The translations under genes and the position numbers were made by a program. From the IMG/VR virus record IMGVR_UViG_3300020306_000007, positions 1 through 37,686 of that record: DNA of 37,686 nt; one strand, 5' to 3'. The DNA is from a virus (taxonomy: Duplodnaviria > Caudoviricetes). Below the pieces are notes generated by a model. That model did not search any database, was not told the DNA's origin, and saw only the letters and a program-made list of their open reading frames with translations. Positions 35,404-37,686 of the stretch are shown here, one piece after another; the stretch's first letter is position 1; every line of letters starts with the position of its first letter.

Positions 35404-36939
35404 ATGAAATATTCAGCACAAGACGAAAAAAGATTAATGTCAGAAATTTGGAGCATGGAGATTAAGAACTCTCCTCTCAAATTTGTAAAATATATTTTTG
35501 AGTGGGGCAAAGAAGGTACCCCCCTGGAAAAATTTACAGGCCCAAGGAAGTGGCAAGAAAAAATTTTGAAAGAAATGGAGATCCATATTGCCAGGAACAA
35601 TGGAGAAATGGATCCATCAATGTTTAGAAAAGCAGTTGCCTCTGGTCGTGGCATAGGAAAGTCAGCTTTTGTGTCCTGGATCGTATTATGGATGTTATCT
35701 ACCAGGCTTGGATCTACTGTTATTGTCACAGCAAACACAGAACAACAGCTCAGATCCAGGACATGGGCAGAATTAGGAAAATGGATGACTCTTGCTCTTA
35801 ACAATCATTGGTTTGTTAGATCTGCGACAACAATAAAACCAGCTCCCTGGTTTGAGGAACTCTTAAAAAGGGATCTCAAAATAGACACAGGTTATTACTA
35901 TGCTCAGGCACAGCTTTGGTCAGCAGAAACTCCTGATGCTTTCGCTGGTGTGCATTCTCATTATGGCTGTATGCTTTTAATGGATGAGGCATCTGGTATT
36001 CCTCAAAATATTTATTCTGTAAGTGAAGGATTTTTTACTGAGCCAATCGAAGATCGTTATTGGTTTTGCTTTTCTAACCCCAGGAGAAATACAGGGCCTT
36101 TTTATGAGTGCTTTCATAGTGCCAGGAGCTTTTGGTCAGGAGATCAAATAGACTCCAGGAAAGTAGAAGGTACTGATAAAGAGCTTTTTAATTCTATGAT
36201 TGAGCAATATGGAGAAGATAGCACAGTTGCCAGGGTAGAAGTTAAAGGAGAATTTCCTACTGCTGACTCAGATACAGTCGTTCCCCTGGATCTAGTCAAA
36301 TCGGCAGTAGAAAGAGATGTTGCCCTCCAAACATCAGCTCCAATTATTTGGGGTTTAGATGTTGCCAGGCAAGGAGCTGACAAATCTGCTCTTTGTATTC
36401 GCCAGGGAAACCATGTGCTTGAAATACAAACTATAAATTCTCCAGATCTGATGCAACTTTGTGGAAGGATCAAAGCCAAATATGACGAAGAGCAGTCTAT
36501 GAATAGACCACATGAAATTTTAGTGGATGCAATCGGATTAGGAGCTGGGGTAGTAGATAGGCTCCTGGAACAAAATTTACCTGTTAGGGGTATTAATGTT
36601 GCAGAGGTACCCAGCACAAAAGGAACATATTTAAATCTTAGGGCAGAGCTCTGGTTTAAGATAAAAGAATGGTTGGGGGGAAGAGATGTTAGGCTCCCTG
36701 ATGATGATGGCCTGGTAAGTGAGATCTCTTCCCCTATCTATAAATTTAATTCAACAGGCAAAATAAAAGTTGAGTCAAAAGAAGATATGAAAAAGAGAGG
36801 AATTAAATCTCCAGACAAAGCAGATGCCCTGGCATTAACAATGGCTAGTGAAGGAGCATCTTTTGGAGGATCTAAAGAAAGTTTTATGGGGTATAATTTC
36901 AGGAAACCTCTCAAATCAAAAATTTTACGAGTCGGATAA
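35404..36939 (+). CDS. terL: Terminase large subunit
   Basis: ASGRGIGKS Walker A, MDEASG Walker B, SNPRR, GLDVARQGAD nuclease motif, SPDKADAL. Confidence 0.95.
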   Translation: MKYSAQDEKRLMSEIWSMEIKNSPLKFVKYIFEWGKEGTPLEKFTGPRKWQEKILKEMEIHIARNNGEMDPSMFRKAVASGRGIGKSAFVSWIVLWMLSTRLGSTVIVTANTEQQLRSRTWAELGKWMTLALNNHWFVRSATTIKPAPWFEELLKRDLKIDTGYYYAQAQLWSAETPDAFAGVHSHYGCMLLMDEASGIPQNIYSVSEGFFTEPIEDRYWFCFSNPRRNTGPFYECFHSARSFWSGDQIDSRKVEGTDKELFNSMIEQYGEDSTVARVEVKGEFPTADSDTVVPLDLVKSAVERDVALQTSAPIIWGLDVARQGADKSALCIRQGNHVLEIQTINSPDLMQLCGRIKAKYDEEQSMNRPHEILVDAIGLGAGVVDRLLEQNLPVRGINVAEVPSTKGTYLNLRAELWFKIKEWLGGRDVRLPDDDGLVSEISSPIYKFNSTGKIKVESKEDMKKRGIKSPDKADALALTMASEGASFGGSKESFMGYNFRKPLKSKILRVG

Positions 36940-37686
36940 ATGAAAAATTTATTAATGCCACAGTCAAAATATAGAATAGAGTCTTATGAGCCCTCTCCTG
37001 GGCAAAAAAGAACTGAAAATATGTCTAATTTTTTACAGGCTATTGGAGGTTTTACAGATCGCAACAACATACCTTTTTTAAGTTCTTTTGCAGACGAAAG
37101 AAATGCATATCGAATGGCTAACAAACTTAATAATGCTTATGAAACAGTTGGAGATTTTATTCCAGGGCTTTCTTATGAGTTAGCAAAAGAGAGAGAGGAT
37201 GATTTAGGACAAAACCTGGCTATGTTGGATCTAATTCCTGGAGGAGCTATACCAAAACAAGTAGTTAAGAAAACTATTAAAGATGCAGACGAAGTTAAAG
37301 ACATGATGTTTTTGCATAATACAAGCTCAGAGGCTTTAGAAAATTATCAAAACTTAGGAGGATTGCCATCTCCCAGCATGGCAGTCACACAAAAGGATCT
37401 TCCTTTTGAGGGTTTTGGAGATATTACTTTAGTTGGTAAGCCAGGCAATTTTGATCCTAAAGTTTCTGCATCAAATAAAATTTATAGCTCTGATGCTTAT
37501 ACTCCAAGAGCTCCAGCTCCTATACAAACTACTAAAAGAAATGCTTATGATTATTTATTAGAAAATTATGAGCCATTAGCGAAAAAATTTGATGAAGGTA
37601 TAGGATTTATATTAGATGATGTTTATCAGCAGTCATTTAAAAAACATGCCTCTAGTCGTAGGCAAAATCAGGTAAAAGAAATTTTC
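36940..37686 (+). CDS. N-terminal part of the junction-spanning gene; putative ADP-ribosyltransferase-fold protein (not in ORF track)
   Basis: ATG directly after the TerL stop and open to the window end; FLHNTSSEAL..LGGLPSPSMAV..FGDITLVG..DP..IYSSDAYTPR; in frame with base 1 via the repeat. Confidence 0.65.
   Translation, partial: MKNLLMPQSKYRIESYEPSPGQKRTENMSNFLQAIGGFTDRNNIPFLSSFADERNAYRMANKLNNAYETVGDFIPGLSYELAKEREDDLGQNLAMLDLIPGGAIPKQVVKKTIKDADEVKDMMFLHNTSSEALENYQNLGGLPSPSMAVTQKDLPFEGFGDITLVGKPGNFDPKVSASNKIYSSDAYTPRAPAPIQTTKRNAYDYLLENYEPLAKKFDEGIGFILDDVYQQSFKKHASSRRQNQVKEIF
37570..37686 (+). repeat. Terminal direct repeat, right copy (imperfect)
   Basis: Matches 1-117 with 9 substitutions and no indels. 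Confidence 0.95.

Larger units (their letters stand above)
1..37686. mobile_element. Complete or near-complete temperate tailed phage genome (podovirus-like), circularly permuted
   Basis: Packaging, head, tail, lysis, integration and replication modules are all present; no host genes; the ends overlap by 117 nt in frame within one gene; no tape measure or sheath gene. Confidence 0.95.

Noticed and set aside
1-37686. Alternative genetic code, phage methyltransferase or firm host assignment
   Set aside because: Genes are intact under the standard code with all three stops used; no methyltransferase motifs were seen; marine-phage-like gene families are only suggestive of habitat

Overview
The window is an essentially complete, circularly permuted ~37.6 kb AT-rich temperate phage genome with a podovirus-type layout. 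Bases 37570-37686 repeat bases 1-117 with 9 mismatches, giving a unit length of about 37,569 bp. Gene order: TerS, TerL, a putative ADP-ribosyltransferase-fold gene spanning the junction, portal, basic mini-proteins, MscS-like protein, holin, M15 endolysin, scaffold, major capsid, tail and fibre cassette (with a Coq4-like gene), ejection proteins, PD-(D/E)xK nuclease, a regulatory/attP-like region, tyrosine integrase, DUF3310, Xis-like HTH, Cas4-like nuclease, Sak4, SSB, primase-helicase, and a reverse-strand operon containing a TET-associated-type glycosyltransferase. Signals the gene list does not explain: (i) strong enrichment of GATC and CCWGG with no phage methyltransferase; (ii) codon-pair-level avoidance of GCWGC, GAWTC, GGWCC and GTWAC; (iii) an orphan TAGT glycosyltransferase pair that may hypermodify DNA; (iv) a 13-bp palindrome ATAGT-N3-ACTAT found 7 times in four intergenic regions of a phage with no recognisable CI repressor. 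All family calls come from motif recognition by eye and all counts are manual; no searches were run.
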